64,000 nt of DNA from Patescibacteria group bacterium. Lineage in GTDB: Bacteria; Patescibacteriota; Microgenomatia; UM-FILTER-40-11. Shown here in pieces: positions 7,416 through 17,511 of this stretch. Position numbers and translations under genes: made by a program. The DNA is taken from contig DATKVM010000002.1 in assembly GCA_035530075.1 (NCBI GenBank), forward strand, positions 103,348 through 167,347. Reading direction: 5' to 3'. Under the pieces are notes generated by a model, which did not search any database, was not told the DNA's origin, and saw nothing but the letters and a program-made list of their open reading frames with translations. Positions within the stretch are counted from its first letter, which is position 1. Each line of letters starts with the position of its first letter.

Positions 7416-9428
7416 TTAAGGAGTTAGCTGGCTATAATATGAAACGTAGTCGGCAACGCTTCGGGTGTTGGCAATTTTGACAAGAGTCTCTTGTTGAACC
7501 GGGGTCAAAAGTTTGCCTAGATCAAATTCTGTCCCCGGTTGAACGATATCAATTTCGACACCATTCTGGCGGAGCATCTTGATCATTGAGCCAACCAATG
7601 ACTGTCTGGCAGTCACTCCATTTTCCGGATTAATCCAGCCTTCAATGCCATTTTGCTCCATCCACCTACCCACCGGCCCTTCTGCCTCTTTCCAGAACCA
7701 ACTTCCTCCGGGAATCCTAATTTTTTGAGCAAAGAGGTCGGCTCCTGCTTCTCTTGTCCCCTGGGTGGCGACAGAAGTAGCCGCTCTTATATCTGGCATC
7801 TCTATCTTAGGAACGCTGGTAACATGCTCGGGTCCAGTGGGAACTGGAGTAACTGGTATTCCAGTTGTGGCTCCGATCGGCGGTCTAACCGCATGAATTG
7901 CCGCTTCCACCGCCGGCGACAAGATTTGATAAGCCGCATGGACAATTGAGCCGACAGCCAAACCTGAAGCAAAGTCGCTAAGATAACCTGCTGCTCTGCC
8001 ATATTTCTTTCCCCGTTCAGTCATTTTGTCTATCAAAGCCTGGCGCCCAGTGTTATCTTGCGCCTGTTCAATTTGAGTAATTAATTTTTGCGATTCGCTG
8101 GTAAATGCGGCTTTAAGCCCCAAGTTAACCGAATTGATCAAAGCAACATTGGCAATGCCTTTAACTGCCGCCATTCCCGGGACGACGTCACTGACAAACA
8201 TCGACTCAACAAAACCGGCAGCAACACCCAACCCCCAAGCCGCCCAATCACCCTTATTTCTTCCTGGAGGAGGAAGGCTTTTCCACCAATCAGCGACTGC
8301 CTTGCCTAAAAGACGACGGAGCCTTCCTATTTTTTTTTGACTTTCCGCAGTCAGAGGAGCTCCCTCGGCCTGGCCAACTCCAGTTTCTGTGCTAATTCCG
8401 ACTCCTTGTAAAACAGCCGCCGTTCCCTCAACAACAGGACCGCTCGGCTGATCTTCCTGAAGTCCTCCTGCGACAACTGGTTGAGGTGATGCGCTGATTA
8501 CTGGCTCAATTGGCTCTGAGGCTGCCCCCCGATTTCCTACCACATCAACGGCTTCTTCTGCATTTAGAACATTGTTTCCGGTAACCTGGCCTCCACTGAC
8601 TGTTTTCTGGTTAGCAGAAAACCCGGCCACTCCTCCCTTAGCAATCTTTATTAATTGTCCAATTACTTCTGGATTGATTTCGGTAGGACTAGAGACATCT
8701 TGTACGGATTTCTCTTCAACAATGCTTTTATCTCTTCCGCCTAAAAGTTCCAATTTCCCATTAATTTCGTCTAGACGTCTTTGTTCTTTGGCCAATTCTT
8801 TTTGCAGGTGAGAACTTCCACCTTTTCCAATCTGCTCTTCAACCTCTTTAATTGTCTCTTCCGCTTCTCTCTGATTTGCCTCAAGAACTTCCCGAGATTC
8901 TCTTGGCAAATTGTCTTCTAAGGCATTTACCTCCGCATTGGTTCGAGATAGCCAAGCAACTTCATTTCTTAATTCTTCTCTTAACGGACCGGCGTTTTCG
9001 ATTCCTCCTTTTACCTCTATCTGTTCTTTTAATCCAGAAATCGCCTCTTCGATTTCGTTTCTCTGAGCAATTAGCTTTGGAGTTTCCTCAAAATATCTTT
9101 GAAAACGGTCAAGAGTTGCCAAGCTTCCTTCAGCGGATGAAATTCTAGCCTCAACCGCCTGGAGTCGCCTCTCTTCGTCTGCAAGCTCTTTGCCCAAATA
9201 AGAACTACCGCCTTTGGCTATTTGTTCTCTTATTCCTGAAATAGTTCCCAATGCTTCTTCCTTATCCTGGGTTAAACTTCTGGGACCGCCTTGAACGGCC
9301 TCTCCCGAAGAACCCACCAGTTCATTTATTCTCGACCGCTCCGCATCAAGAACTTCCCCCCAACCAACCACCCTTTGCTCCTGAACAACCGCAGGTTCAC
9401 GTTCTCCAATATCGCCTGTTTCTACCAT
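7416..9428 (-). CDS. Bitopic coiled-coil membrane protein, paralog family A. It has a repeated KGGSSHL coiled-coil unit and a C-terminal Trp-rich domain.
   Basis: 670 aa with two copies of the ..EQI.KGGSS(H/Y)L.KELA.E.RRL.. motif. A long block is shared with the 30642..32456 product (LDRFQRYFEETPKL, KGGIENAGPL). A WW(K/Q)SL motif precedes a hydrophobic segment, and the C-terminus carries a WFWK...W.NPENGV domain. Confidence 0.6.
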   Translation of the reverse strand: MVETGDIGEREPAVVQEQRVVGWGEVLDAERSRINELVGSSGEAVQGGPRSLTQDKEEALGTISGIREQIAKGGSSYLGKELADEERRLQAVEARISSAEGSLATLDRFQRYFEETPKLIAQRNEIEEAISGLKEQIEVKGGIENAGPLREELRNEVAWLSRTNAEVNALEDNLPRESREVLEANQREAEETIKEVEEQIGKGGSSHLQKELAKEQRRLDEINGKLELLGGRDKSIVEEKSVQDVSSPTEINPEVIGQLIKIAKGGVAGFSANQKTVSGGQVTGNNVLNAEEAVDVVGNRGAASEPIEPVISASPQPVVAGGLQEDQPSGPVVEGTAAVLQGVGISTETGVGQAEGAPLTAESQKKIGRLRRLLGKAVADWWKSLPPPGRNKGDWAAWGLGVAAGFVESMFVSDVVPGMAAVKGIANVALINSVNLGLKAAFTSESQKLITQIEQAQDNTGRQALIDKMTERGKKYGRAAGYLSDFASGLAVGSIVHAAYQILSPAVEAAIHAVRPPIGATTGIPVTPVPTGPEHVTSVPKIEMPDIRAATSVATQGTREAGADLFAQKIRIPGGSWFWKEAEGPVGRWMEQNGIEGWINPENGVTARQSLVGSMIKMLRQNGVEIDIVQPGTEFDLGKLLTPVQQETLVKIANTRSVADYVSYYSQLTP

Positions 9429-9706
9429 CTTACTCCTTGTAATTTATACAAACTCATCTTGCTCGAGTTTACAACTTGTTATGTAATCTGATTTTGAACC
9501 CAAAATGCTATCTTTGGATTGGAATTGTAAAGTATTTTGGGTATAGAATTGCTTACCTTTAGCATAAATAGTAATTCCTGACTTGTCAACAATAATCTAA
9601 GTTACTCTATGTGGCCGGCAGAACAATAACACAAGAAGCTTAATCTGTCAAGACTATAGGGCTGTTTTTACTGATTTCTGTAAGTCTTTTGTAATGATAA
9701 TACGAA

Positions 9707-12700
9707 TTAAAAGTTCTCTAAAGGGTCTCTGTTGAGCCGAACAAAAGCAAGCATCCAGATTAAAGCTACCCCTAACAAGACAAACCCCAAATATTCCAAA
9801 TACTGGGGTAAGAAGATTAAAAATACTCTTGACTGTTCACTAATTCCTGATTCCTGCAGACTATCCAATCTCCATCCGTTTTCCCAATTATTAACCAAAA
9901 CATGGTTTCTAATTTCCTGACCCAAAACTGGCGCCAGAAGAGCGCTTAGCGGCGAGCGCTTAGCGTCTAGTAAGTAGGCGTGCCAACCGGAATGATAGGC
10001 TTGAGAAAGAACGAGCGTGCCTTCTGTTACCGGCTGGGAGACTTCATACAAAGTCGGGTTGGGATGAGCGGCCGAAAGCGGTGTTAGGGCGGCGGTGGAA
10101 ACCGGCAGTTTTTGCCGCGTTAAACATAGGCCCGTCAAAAAACCATAAGGGATGGGGTTAACCTTCACCGCTTGCAAATCGTTAACTGTCTTTTGCCGGC
10201 CGATGGCAATATTATCAAAATGCAAAGAGTAACCCAGCCCATCTTGAGCCATTGGCGGTTGAATTAAGTAAGTAGTCGCCGTTTTTTTGTCTAGATAAAG
10301 CTCTAAATCTACTTTCTGGTTAGTTAAATTTTCCAGCCAAAAAAGCAAGCTTCGGCCGGATAAATAACGGCTTTGAATCGTTAGCAGGTAACCGAATTTA
10401 TGAGGCAATTCAGGCAAAAGAAACGACGCACTGCAATTATTGGCATCTTGGGCACTCAAGCGCAAGATTTCCTTTCCCCCTTGAGAAACAATTTCACTCG
10501 CCACTTGACCGCTTTTGGCCTGGCTGCAGTTCCTAATCGTCAAAGGGTTAAGAGCCCGGGCAACCTCAATCGCGGCGCTAAAATAGCCGTTAACTTTGGG
10601 AATAAAGACCACCAGTTCACTGCCGTAATCTCGCACTTGGGGAATGAGAATCCGGGTTTTACTTAAGTCGTTTGGGTCAACCCAAACCAGCTCCTGACCG
10701 CTAAAAGAAGGCAGGTGTAAAAAATAATTAGTCACCGCCGAAGGCAGCTTTTGGCGAAAGACAAAATTATTTTCTCCCTCCTCAATTCCGAAATCCTGCT
10801 CGTTAGTATCCCGGCCACTAAAAAGCGTTCGGAAAGGATAATAATAATCGACCCGCTCTAAAACAGATGAGCTTAAGTAATGGCCTTGTTCCCAAAATGC
10901 TTGATCAAAATTGCCCCACTCATAAGGAGGATTAACCGTGGGAAGACTTTTGGCCCAATAAACGAAGCCGGCGGGCGGATTTTTCTCCACCCGATAAACT
11001 TTAATTTTGCCGAAGTTGGCGGTGAGGTTAAATTTGGGAGAGTCCAAAAAGGCCGTTAGCTCTTCCCACCCAGCGGCCCGCCAACTGGAGCTATTGACAT
11101 TGTTTTCATCAATTAAAATCCAGCTTACTTGATATTTCTCTAAAACCTTTTCAAAAAGTGGTTGATTTTTAGAAAACAAAGCATAAGAAATTTCCCAATA
11201 ATAATTTTCGTTTGCTCCCCCCCAAGGGTCAAAAGCGCGGTCCAAAATTGGCTGTTCTATGCCATACCAAATAAAGCCGGAACCGCTATAATCGCCTCCC
11301 GGCCAATGATAGAAACTCCACCCCCAAAAATTTGTCTGGGGAAAATTAGCAATTCGGCCACTTTCTCCTTGTTTTCGAAAAAAGTCAAAAAGTTGGAAAT
11401 ACTCCGGAGGGAAGACCACCTTTTCCTTCGCATAGAAAAGCTGCCCCTGGAAAACCGGCCAAACAAAAATCAACGGCAAGATTAAGAAAAATAAACAAAG
11501 CATCTCTCGGTAAAGCCTCCCTCGCCATCCCTCAAGCTTAAAACTCCCGGCCATGGCCAGACTGATACCATAAAAAATCGCTAAACCAAAAGCCGATATC
11601 GGACTGAACTTAGTAAAAGCAAAGCGAAAGAGCTGGGAAAAAAGCGGCAGACGATAAAAAATGGCGGCCGGTAAGGAAAGAAAAGGGGTATCATTAAGGA
11701 GCATTAAAAACCCGAATAAAAAAACCGGTAAAAACAACGCTGCCCGATGCTTTTTCTTAAAGGCCGCTACTGTCCCCCCCAAAGCCATCAGAAAAAGAAA
11801 ATAACCCAGCGCCTTTACCGGCGGTTTTTGCAGATACTCTTCCCAAGCACCCATCATCGGTTGAAATTGGTTTTCTTGATTTGGTTCGATATTGTCAAAC
11901 CAAAAGCCCTTAAGCAAGGCGACATTCTCTAAATTGCCGTACTTTTTATTGCGTAAATAGTTCTCCTCGGTGGACATCAAATTAATTTTTGACTTGAAAG
12001 TCACTTTAACATTGGTCAGGACAAAGTAAAGGTTCGGCAGCAACCAAAAAGCGTTGAGCATAAAAGTTAACAGGTAAATCAAAAGGATTCTTCGCCAACT
12101 CCCTTTTTGGCGCCACCAAAATAAGATAAGGGTCAAAGATAGGCTCGTCAGGTAGACCAAAAGAAAGGTCGCGACATAGCCTTGAGCCACCGCCAAAAGA
12201 TTAACCGCCACCAGCCAAAAAAGATGTTTTTTGGTCGGTTTTTCCAAGAACTTTAGAACCACCAAGAATAACCAAGGAAGAAAAGCGAAATGAAGGGAAA
12301 AGGCCTCGTAGGGAACAAAAAAAAGCTGCAGGGTCGCCAGGTTAAAAAGATAAAAGAAGCTGGCTACTAGCGCGCCCCTCTTTCTTTGCCAAGAGTCATT
12401 CTCCTGAGCTAAAACAAAATTTTTCAATAGGAAATAAAGGCCTAATGGCCCCAAGAGAAGCATTAAAAAGTGGAAAAAATAGCGCATAAAGGCAATGGGC
12501 AAGAAAAAAGCGAGGCTTCTTAAAAAAAGTTGACGAAATAAGTCGGCGGCGTGTCCCATGCCGGGAAGCAATCCTAAACCTTGGTACTCTTGCCAAGCAG
12601 AAAAAAATAAACGGCGTAAATTAACGGCGAAGTTAAATTCCGGGTGCAAATTATCCCAACCAGATAAAAAAGTGCCCGGTTGATAATTTAAACCGGCCAC

Positions 12701-12775
12701 GAGGAGAACAATGACGGTGATAAGTATCGTCGGCCACTCTATTTTTTCCTTAAGCCAATGACCCAGTTTTATCAT
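9707..12775 (-). CDS. Large polytopic membrane protein, putative GT-C-type glycosyltransferase (YfhO-like)
   Basis: 1022 aa. The N-terminal ~550 aa contain at least 12 predicted TM helices rich in aromatic residues, followed by a large soluble C-terminal domain. It sits immediately upstream of a GT2 gene. The family call is an inference. Confidence 0.45.
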   Translation of the reverse strand: MIKLGHWLKEKIEWPTILITVIVLLVAGLNYQPGTFLSGWDNLHPEFNFAVNLRRLFFSAWQEYQGLGLLPGMGHAADLFRQLFLRSLAFFLPIAFMRYFFHFLMLLLGPLGLYFLLKNFVLAQENDSWQRKRGALVASFFYLFNLATLQLFFVPYEAFSLHFAFLPWLFLVVLKFLEKPTKKHLFWLVAVNLLAVAQGYVATFLLVYLTSLSLTLILFWWRQKGSWRRILLIYLLTFMLNAFWLLPNLYFVLTNVKVTFKSKINLMSTEENYLRNKKYGNLENVALLKGFWFDNIEPNQENQFQPMMGAWEEYLQKPPVKALGYFLFLMALGGTVAAFKKKHRAALFLPVFLFGFLMLLNDTPFLSLPAAIFYRLPLFSQLFRFAFTKFSPISAFGLAIFYGISLAMAGSFKLEGWRGRLYREMLCLFFLILPLIFVWPVFQGQLFYAKEKVVFPPEYFQLFDFFRKQGESGRIANFPQTNFWGWSFYHWPGGDYSGSGFIWYGIEQPILDRAFDPWGGANENYYWEISYALFSKNQPLFEKVLEKYQVSWILIDENNVNSSSWRAAGWEELTAFLDSPKFNLTANFGKIKVYRVEKNPPAGFVYWAKSLPTVNPPYEWGNFDQAFWEQGHYLSSSVLERVDYYYPFRTLFSGRDTNEQDFGIEEGENNFVFRQKLPSAVTNYFLHLPSFSGQELVWVDPNDLSKTRILIPQVRDYGSELVVFIPKVNGYFSAAIEVARALNPLTIRNCSQAKSGQVASEIVSQGGKEILRLSAQDANNCSASFLLPELPHKFGYLLTIQSRYLSGRSLLFWLENLTNQKVDLELYLDKKTATTYLIQPPMAQDGLGYSLHFDNIAIGRQKTVNDLQAVKVNPIPYGFLTGLCLTRQKLPVSTAALTPLSAAHPNPTLYEVSQPVTEGTLVLSQAYHSGWHAYLLDAKRSPLSALLAPVLGQEIRNHVLVNNWENGWRLDSLQESGISEQSRVFLIFLPQYLEYLGFVLLGVALIWMLAFVRLNRDPLENF

Positions 12776-13689
12776 TACTCTGGAATTTCCCGTAATAACG
12801 CCCCATTAAAAATATTCCGCCAGCCCGCCGCCACTCCCTTTTGGGACATTTTCACCCCTCTAAATCGCATTCGGCAAAAAAGCGGATAAATTAACCCTTT
12901 GGGCAAAAGCGCCACGGCTAAAGCCTGGCCAAAATGAGAAAGCCATCCCCTCCCACTGGGGTGGTAATGATAAGCTTTTAAGGCTTTATTGCGAATAGAA
13001 AAAGTTGCCCGGAAGGTCTCCTTGGGATTTCTTAACGATAAAGAGTTGGCGCTTTGACGATAATACAAAACCGGCTCATCAAGATTAGCTAATTGTCCAT
13101 ATTGAGCCAGCTCAAAAACCAGTTCCAAATCATGAGCCAAGACAGAGTGATTATGATAAAAAATTTTTCCTTGGGGCAAAAGACGGCGATTAATCATACA
13201 GGCCGGATGCTGAATCGGGTTCATTTGAAAAAGCGAACGATAAATCACCCGGTGGTCAGTCGGAAACCTTTTTTCGCCAATAATTTCTCCTTCTTCATTA
13301 ATCAAAAGGCACTGACCGCCTACTATTACCACCTCGGGATGGTGATCTAAAAAACTTACTTGCTTTTCAATCCGGTCAGGAAAGGCAATATCGTCGGCAT
13401 CCATTCGGGCCAAGAACTGCCCCCGACTTCTTTCCAAACCAAAATTGGAAGCCAGACTGGGACCACAATTGCGGGGCAAAGAAAAAAGCGTTAGTCGCCC
13501 ATCTCTCTTTGCCCGCCTCACCGCTTTGGCGGCCGTTTTATCAGTAGAGCCATCGTCAACGACAATAATTTCCAGCTGGCGATAAGTCTGTTTAAGAAGA
13601 CTCTTGATGGCCAAATCAATAAACCGCTCAGTATTATAAGCGGTCATTAACACCGTTACCAACGGCCGGGACGAATTGTTTATTTTCAT
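12775..13689 (-). CDS. Family 2 glycosyltransferase
   Basis: VTVLMTAYNTERFIDLAIKSLLKQTY...EIIVVDDGSTD... with a DAD motif. The ORF-track extension 13690..13929 translates to W-rich nonsense and overlaps the neighbouring gene, so the start is placed at MKINNSS. Confidence 0.75.
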   Translation of the reverse strand: MKINNSSRPLVTVLMTAYNTERFIDLAIKSLLKQTYRQLEIIVVDDGSTDKTAAKAVRRAKRDGRLTLFSLPRNCGPSLASNFGLERSRGQFLARMDADDIAFPDRIEKQVSFLDHHPEVVIVGGQCLLINEEGEIIGEKRFPTDHRVIYRSLFQMNPIQHPACMINRRLLPQGKIFYHNHSVLAHDLELVFELAQYGQLANLDEPVLYYRQSANSLSLRNPKETFRATFSIRNKALKAYHYHPSGRGWLSHFGQALAVALLPKGLIYPLFCRMRFRGVKMSQKGVAAGWRNIFNGALLREIPE

Positions 13690-13813
13690 TTTTCTCTCAA
13701 CTGCTACCCACCAGTTCCCTGCTGGGCAAAAGTTGAGGGGAGAGAGTCTTTGGCTAAACGAAAGCTTCAAGAGGCTCTCTCCCCAGTAAGTAACCGTAGA
13801 CATACCGCAACCG

Positions 13814-14794
13814 CTAGATTTCCACCTCCTGGCCCTCCGAGTATTTACGATGGAACTCGGCTTGATGGGCCGACCAGCGCTCATCCAAAGCGGTTTGGCT
13901 AGGGAAGGGAAAGGATGTTCCTCGACCATCCCAGGAGTAGGTTTGGCCGCTGTTCAGCTTGACCAGCAAGGCTTTGCCGTCTTTGGTTGTCGTTTCCACA
14001 ATCGCCGGACCTTCGACTTCTGCCGAACTTTGACCAACGGGTTGGCTGACAGTGACGAGTGACGAAAGAGCCAAGTCAGAATCGCTCGAGCCGGGATTGC
14101 TAGAGGTGTTGCCGGCCGAGGACGTCTGAACCCGAACCACGAGACGGAAAGCGGAGACTTGATCGGGCAGCACCACAATCCCTGTCTGCATTTCGCCGTC
14201 GCGAATTCGAAGCTGCTCGGCTTGCAACTGGATGTTCTCTCGCACGGCTGCTTCATCTCCAGCGAAGAGCCAAGCGGTTCCGCCGCGATGACCGCGAATC
14301 CAAACGACCGTTCCTGGCCGAATGGCGAAGGTCCATCGTTCTGGAACTACCGTCTCCTCAAAGGCCATCTCCGTCCAAACTTGACCGACAATCCAACAGA
14401 TTTCGGAGAGACCACCAATCGGCGACTCGCCGTAAGTCTCGCCAAACTCCTGGTTATCAGCGTGCCAGATAATCCCGCAGCAGGGACAGGGAGCGGGTGC
14501 CGCCGGAGCCGGAGTGGGACCACCGCCAACAGGTTGAGGCGGAGGTACCGGTGTTACCCCCCCACCCGCAGCCACAGCCGGGACTACCTTAACCGAGACG
14601 ACCGGGGCGACGACGCTGGCCACGACTGGCTGAGCAAGGCTCACTGGGGCCGCCAGTTCACTGGCCTGCGCCAATTCCTCTACCCGTGCTTGAACATCGG
14701 AGCGAAGACTAGCAACCCAGACCAACAGAATCGCCAGCACCAGTAAGAAGACGGCCCTTTTCATCTTTTTCTCCTTTCGGTATGCCATTGTCAA
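13814..14794 (-). CDS. Pro-rich membrane-anchored protein with a Trp-rich C-terminal domain (paralog P1)
   Basis: Signal/anchor helix, an A/V/P-rich linker (PVPPPQPVGGGPTPAPAAPAPCPCC), then a WHADNQEFGETYGES...CWIVGQVWTE...TAWLFAGDEAAV domain shared with 17512..18255 and partly with 16516..17130. Local GC is about 60%. Confidence 0.5.
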   Translation of the reverse strand: MTMAYRKEKKMKRAVFLLVLAILLVWVASLRSDVQARVEELAQASELAAPVSLAQPVVASVVAPVVSVKVVPAVAAGGGVTPVPPPQPVGGGPTPAPAAPAPCPCCGIIWHADNQEFGETYGESPIGGLSEICWIVGQVWTEMAFEETVVPERWTFAIRPGTVVWIRGHRGGTAWLFAGDEAAVRENIQLQAEQLRIRDGEMQTGIVVLPDQVSAFRLVVRVQTSSAGNTSSNPGSSDSDLALSSLVTVSQPVGQSSAEVEGPAIVETTTKDGKALLVKLNSGQTYSWDGRGTSFPFPSQTALDERWSAHQAEFHRKYSEGQEVEI

Positions 14795-14923
14795 AGAGCT
14801 TTTGATGGGTCAGGAGATTCCTGCCTAAAAAGAATCTTGACCAACACCAAACTCTATGGAAATGAGTTTAAAGGGCGGAAACCAAAAGGGGGTAATAAAA
14901 AAGTAAGAGAAAGGTAAGAAGGC

Positions 14924-15541
14924 TTAGCGTCGATTAAAAACCGCCAAGACAACCCCCATCATCGCCGTTACTGCCGATAAAACTAATGAAAGTGTTAAAC
15001 CGGAAAAACCGGTGGGGGGAAGAACCGTCACTGCCGCCACTTTCTTGGCCGCACAAACTTTGGCGGTATCCTTATCGTGTCGATCCCCCGCTTGCGCTTC
15101 GGCAATATTAACATCACAAACTACATTTTGATTTTGAGGTAAATTTCCTTCTTCCACTACCCGAGCTTTGATTTCTCTTTCTTCAGTTTCCCCCGAGGTC
15201 AAGTCGGTAATTTCAAAAGAAAGACTGCCTGAACTAAGGCGCAAGAAGAATGGCAAAGTATCAGAAACGGTTACTTTATCTAAAGTAGCGTCGCCCACAT
15301 TTTTAATTCGCAATTGAAAAACGACTTCTTCTCCCGGAGCGAATTTATGATCAGTAATATCCAAATTATCGACAAATCGCTGGTTTACCGGATCAAGGAC
15401 AACTTTGTTTATTTGCAGTTCACCGGTTTTAATACAAACCTCCCCTCCGTATTGTTGCTCGCAGCGAACCGCCGCTTGCGCGTCGGCCATTAGCCAAAAG
15501 CAAGCTAAAAAGGAAGCGGCCAGAAAAACAATTTTTTTCAT
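14924..15541 (-). CDS. LPXTG-anchored surface protein with a DUF11 (CARDB-like) domain
   Basis: Signal peptide, DUF11-like segment (GEEVVFQLRIKNVGDATLDKVTVSDTLP), C-terminal LPPTG motif, hydrophobic helix and NRR tail. Confidence 0.7.
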   Translation of the reverse strand: MKKIVFLAASFLACFWLMADAQAAVRCEQQYGGEVCIKTGELQINKVVLDPVNQRFVDNLDITDHKFAPGEEVVFQLRIKNVGDATLDKVTVSDTLPFFLRLSSGSLSFEITDLTSGETEEREIKARVVEEGNLPQNQNVVCDVNIAEAQAGDRHDKDTAKVCAAKKVAAVTVLPPTGFSGLTLSLVLSAVTAMMGVVLAVFNRR

Positions 15542-15691
15542 TCTTTAATCTTTACTGAGTCTTGAGCTTGATAAACCCGTTCCAAAATTTTCCCCCCGCA
15601 TTATGAAGAGAGATAGCAAAAGTTGTCAAGCAAAACAGACTTTCATCTGCTTGCATTTATTTACTTAAACGCCTTACCTTGAAAATCGCAA

Positions 15692-16426
15692 ATGGAAATA
15701 ATCCTTTACGACGCTCAGCCATTAACGGAAAAAACTACCCCCACTTTGAGGCAACCGCTCATGGTCCTTTGGCGGCAAGCTCGGTCAACCAGCAAGCGAG
15801 CCTTTCGCTTAAGCGGTTACATTTTAATATTGCTATCTTTCTTAATCTCAGTGGTAGTGGCCGGGCCAATAGTAATTCAGGAAGTCGGTTATCGGCTTAC
15901 TCAAAAGCCTTTTGCCTCTCAAAAGGAAGGGCCTTCGAATCCCGCCTTAAAAGAACAGCGCCAGCAAGCAGCGGAAGAAGCGCGTAACTACGGCGTGAGT
16001 CCCGACTTTTCCATTGTTATCCCCAAGATTGACGCTAAAGCAAAAATTATCCCTAATGTTAATCCCGCGGATGAGAGGGAATACAAGAACGCTCTCAAAG
16101 AAGGCGTTGCTCACGCCTCAGGAACCAAATTTCCCGGCCATAAAGGCACCATTTACCTTTTTGCCCACTCGACGAATTCGCCCATCAACATTGCCCGTTA
16201 CAATGCCGTCTTCTACCTTTTAAAAGAACTTCGCAAAGAGGATGAAATTATTATTTTTTTCGCCGGCCAAAAATATGTTTATCGGGTCACTGAGCGTTTT
16301 GTCACCGCCGCTGACGACACCAAATGGCTAACTAATCAAGAAAAAGAAGAACAGCTGGTTCTCCAAACTTGCTGGCCACCGGGAACCAGCCAAAAAAGAC
16401 TGCTGGTAATTGCCAAACCGGCCTAA
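15692..16426 (+). CDS. Sortase (class A/E-like transpeptidase)
   Basis: N-terminal TM anchor, catalytic His (IYLFAHST), TLxTC Cys motif (LVLQTCWPPGT) and a downstream Arg (KRLLV). Divergently adjacent to the LPPTG substrate gene. The true start may be the internal Met at about 15761. Confidence 0.7.
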   Translation: MEIILYDAQPLTEKTTPTLRQPLMVLWRQARSTSKRAFRLSGYILILLSFLISVVVAGPIVIQEVGYRLTQKPFASQKEGPSNPALKEQRQQAAEEARNYGVSPDFSIVIPKIDAKAKIIPNVNPADEREYKNALKEGVAHASGTKFPGHKGTIYLFAHSTNSPINIARYNAVFYLLKELRKEDEIIIFFAGQKYVYRVTERFVTAADDTKWLTNQEKEEQLVLQTCWPPGTSQKRLLVIAKPA

Positions 16427-16515
16427 AAATAAATTTCTGGGAGAGGCAAGAAGTTAAGCTGGCGCCCCCTGGCTATCCAAACTCTCCTTCCTGCCCCTCC
16501 CGAACATCGGTCATC

Positions 16516-17130
16516 CTATTCCTCCGGCTTGCCTTCATTGCAGTCCTGATTGCTATCGAAGTATTCCGTCCGGTGAGAGGGATAGCGGCTGTCCACTGCG
16601 GCTTCGGAAGCGAACTGCCACCAAGTCCCCATCCCGTCATAACGGAAGGTTTCTCCCTCAGGGAGACGAAAAATGCCGCATTCGTGGTTACCGTCCCACC
16701 ATTGGACAATTGCCGGCCCTTTCGTCTCGCCAGGGAATTGACCGGAAGAGACCGGGTGTGCCTCCTCGGCCGCCAGATTGACAACCGTCGGTGTTCCCTG
16801 GGCACTGATCGTTGAAGTCACTACCGGCGATGCGGTTCCTCCGGGCAGAAGGGATCCTGGACTGGGAAGAACCTTCACCGCCAAAGTCGCTGTTTGCATC
16901 AACAAGCGCCGTTCCTGCTCGATTGCCACCACCTGGCGACGACCGGAGATAGTCATAAAGAAAAGCGCGAGGGTAGCCAAGAGGAGAAAACCCACTATCG
17001 CCAGCCACCCACCGTTTTTCTTCAGCCGTTCCTTGTAGTCTGTCGACTCTCCCTCTCCTGGTTCATCCCTCACCGGGAATGGCGGCCTTCTCATGGACAC
17101 TTCTACTCTTCCTTTCCTAGCAGTAGCCAT
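16516..17130 (-). CDS. Pro-rich membrane-anchored protein, shorter paralog P2
   Basis: Arg-rich N-terminus, TM helix, P/S/T linker and a C-terminal W-rich segment (TWWQFASEAAVDSRY) matching TAWLFAGDEAAVREN of P1. Lies in the GC-rich island. Confidence 0.45.
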   Translation of the reverse strand: MATARKGRVEVSMRRPPFPVRDEPGEGESTDYKERLKKNGGWLAIVGFLLLATLALFFMTISGRRQVVAIEQERRLLMQTATLAVKVLPSPGSLLPGGTASPVVTSTISAQGTPTVVNLAAEEAHPVSSGQFPGETKGPAIVQWWDGNHECGIFRLPEGETFRYDGMGTWWQFASEAAVDSRYPSHRTEYFDSNQDCNEGKPEE

Positions 17131-17511
17131 TTTCTCTCGCCTTCCTTCAGGGCCAATGCCCCTTCAGTTTTACCGACGATAAGGACAACCGAATGTAAAA
17201 GAACTCGCTCCTGCCTCACTCCCGCTTAAAGAAGCGGCAAAAAAGCTTTCTCTAAAATTAAGGTAATGTTCTTTAAAAAAACTCGCAAAAACATAAAGGG
17301 AATAAAAAAATAAATGGTGAGAATAATTGAATCTCTATGAAAAGTAGTCTAGCGAGTAATCAAGCAATCTTTGATAAAAAGGAAGTAAGAGTTTAGTAAG
17401 AAGAATTTTGGGAGAGGTACCGCTACTTTGTCTGTTTTAGTTGAGATCTGAGCGATTTTTAGCAGAACTCGGTAGTTTCCCTCTCCCTAGACTTCACGGC
17501 ATATCCTCCTA

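Noticed and set aside
13690-13929. 5' extension of the GT2 ORF (ORF track starts at 13929: MVEEHPFPSLAKPLWMSAGRP...)
   Set aside because: Translation is W/R-rich nonsense and overlaps the neighbouring Pro-rich protein gene. The conserved GT2 N-terminus begins at MKINNSS (13689), so the extension is non-coding readthrough of the frame.
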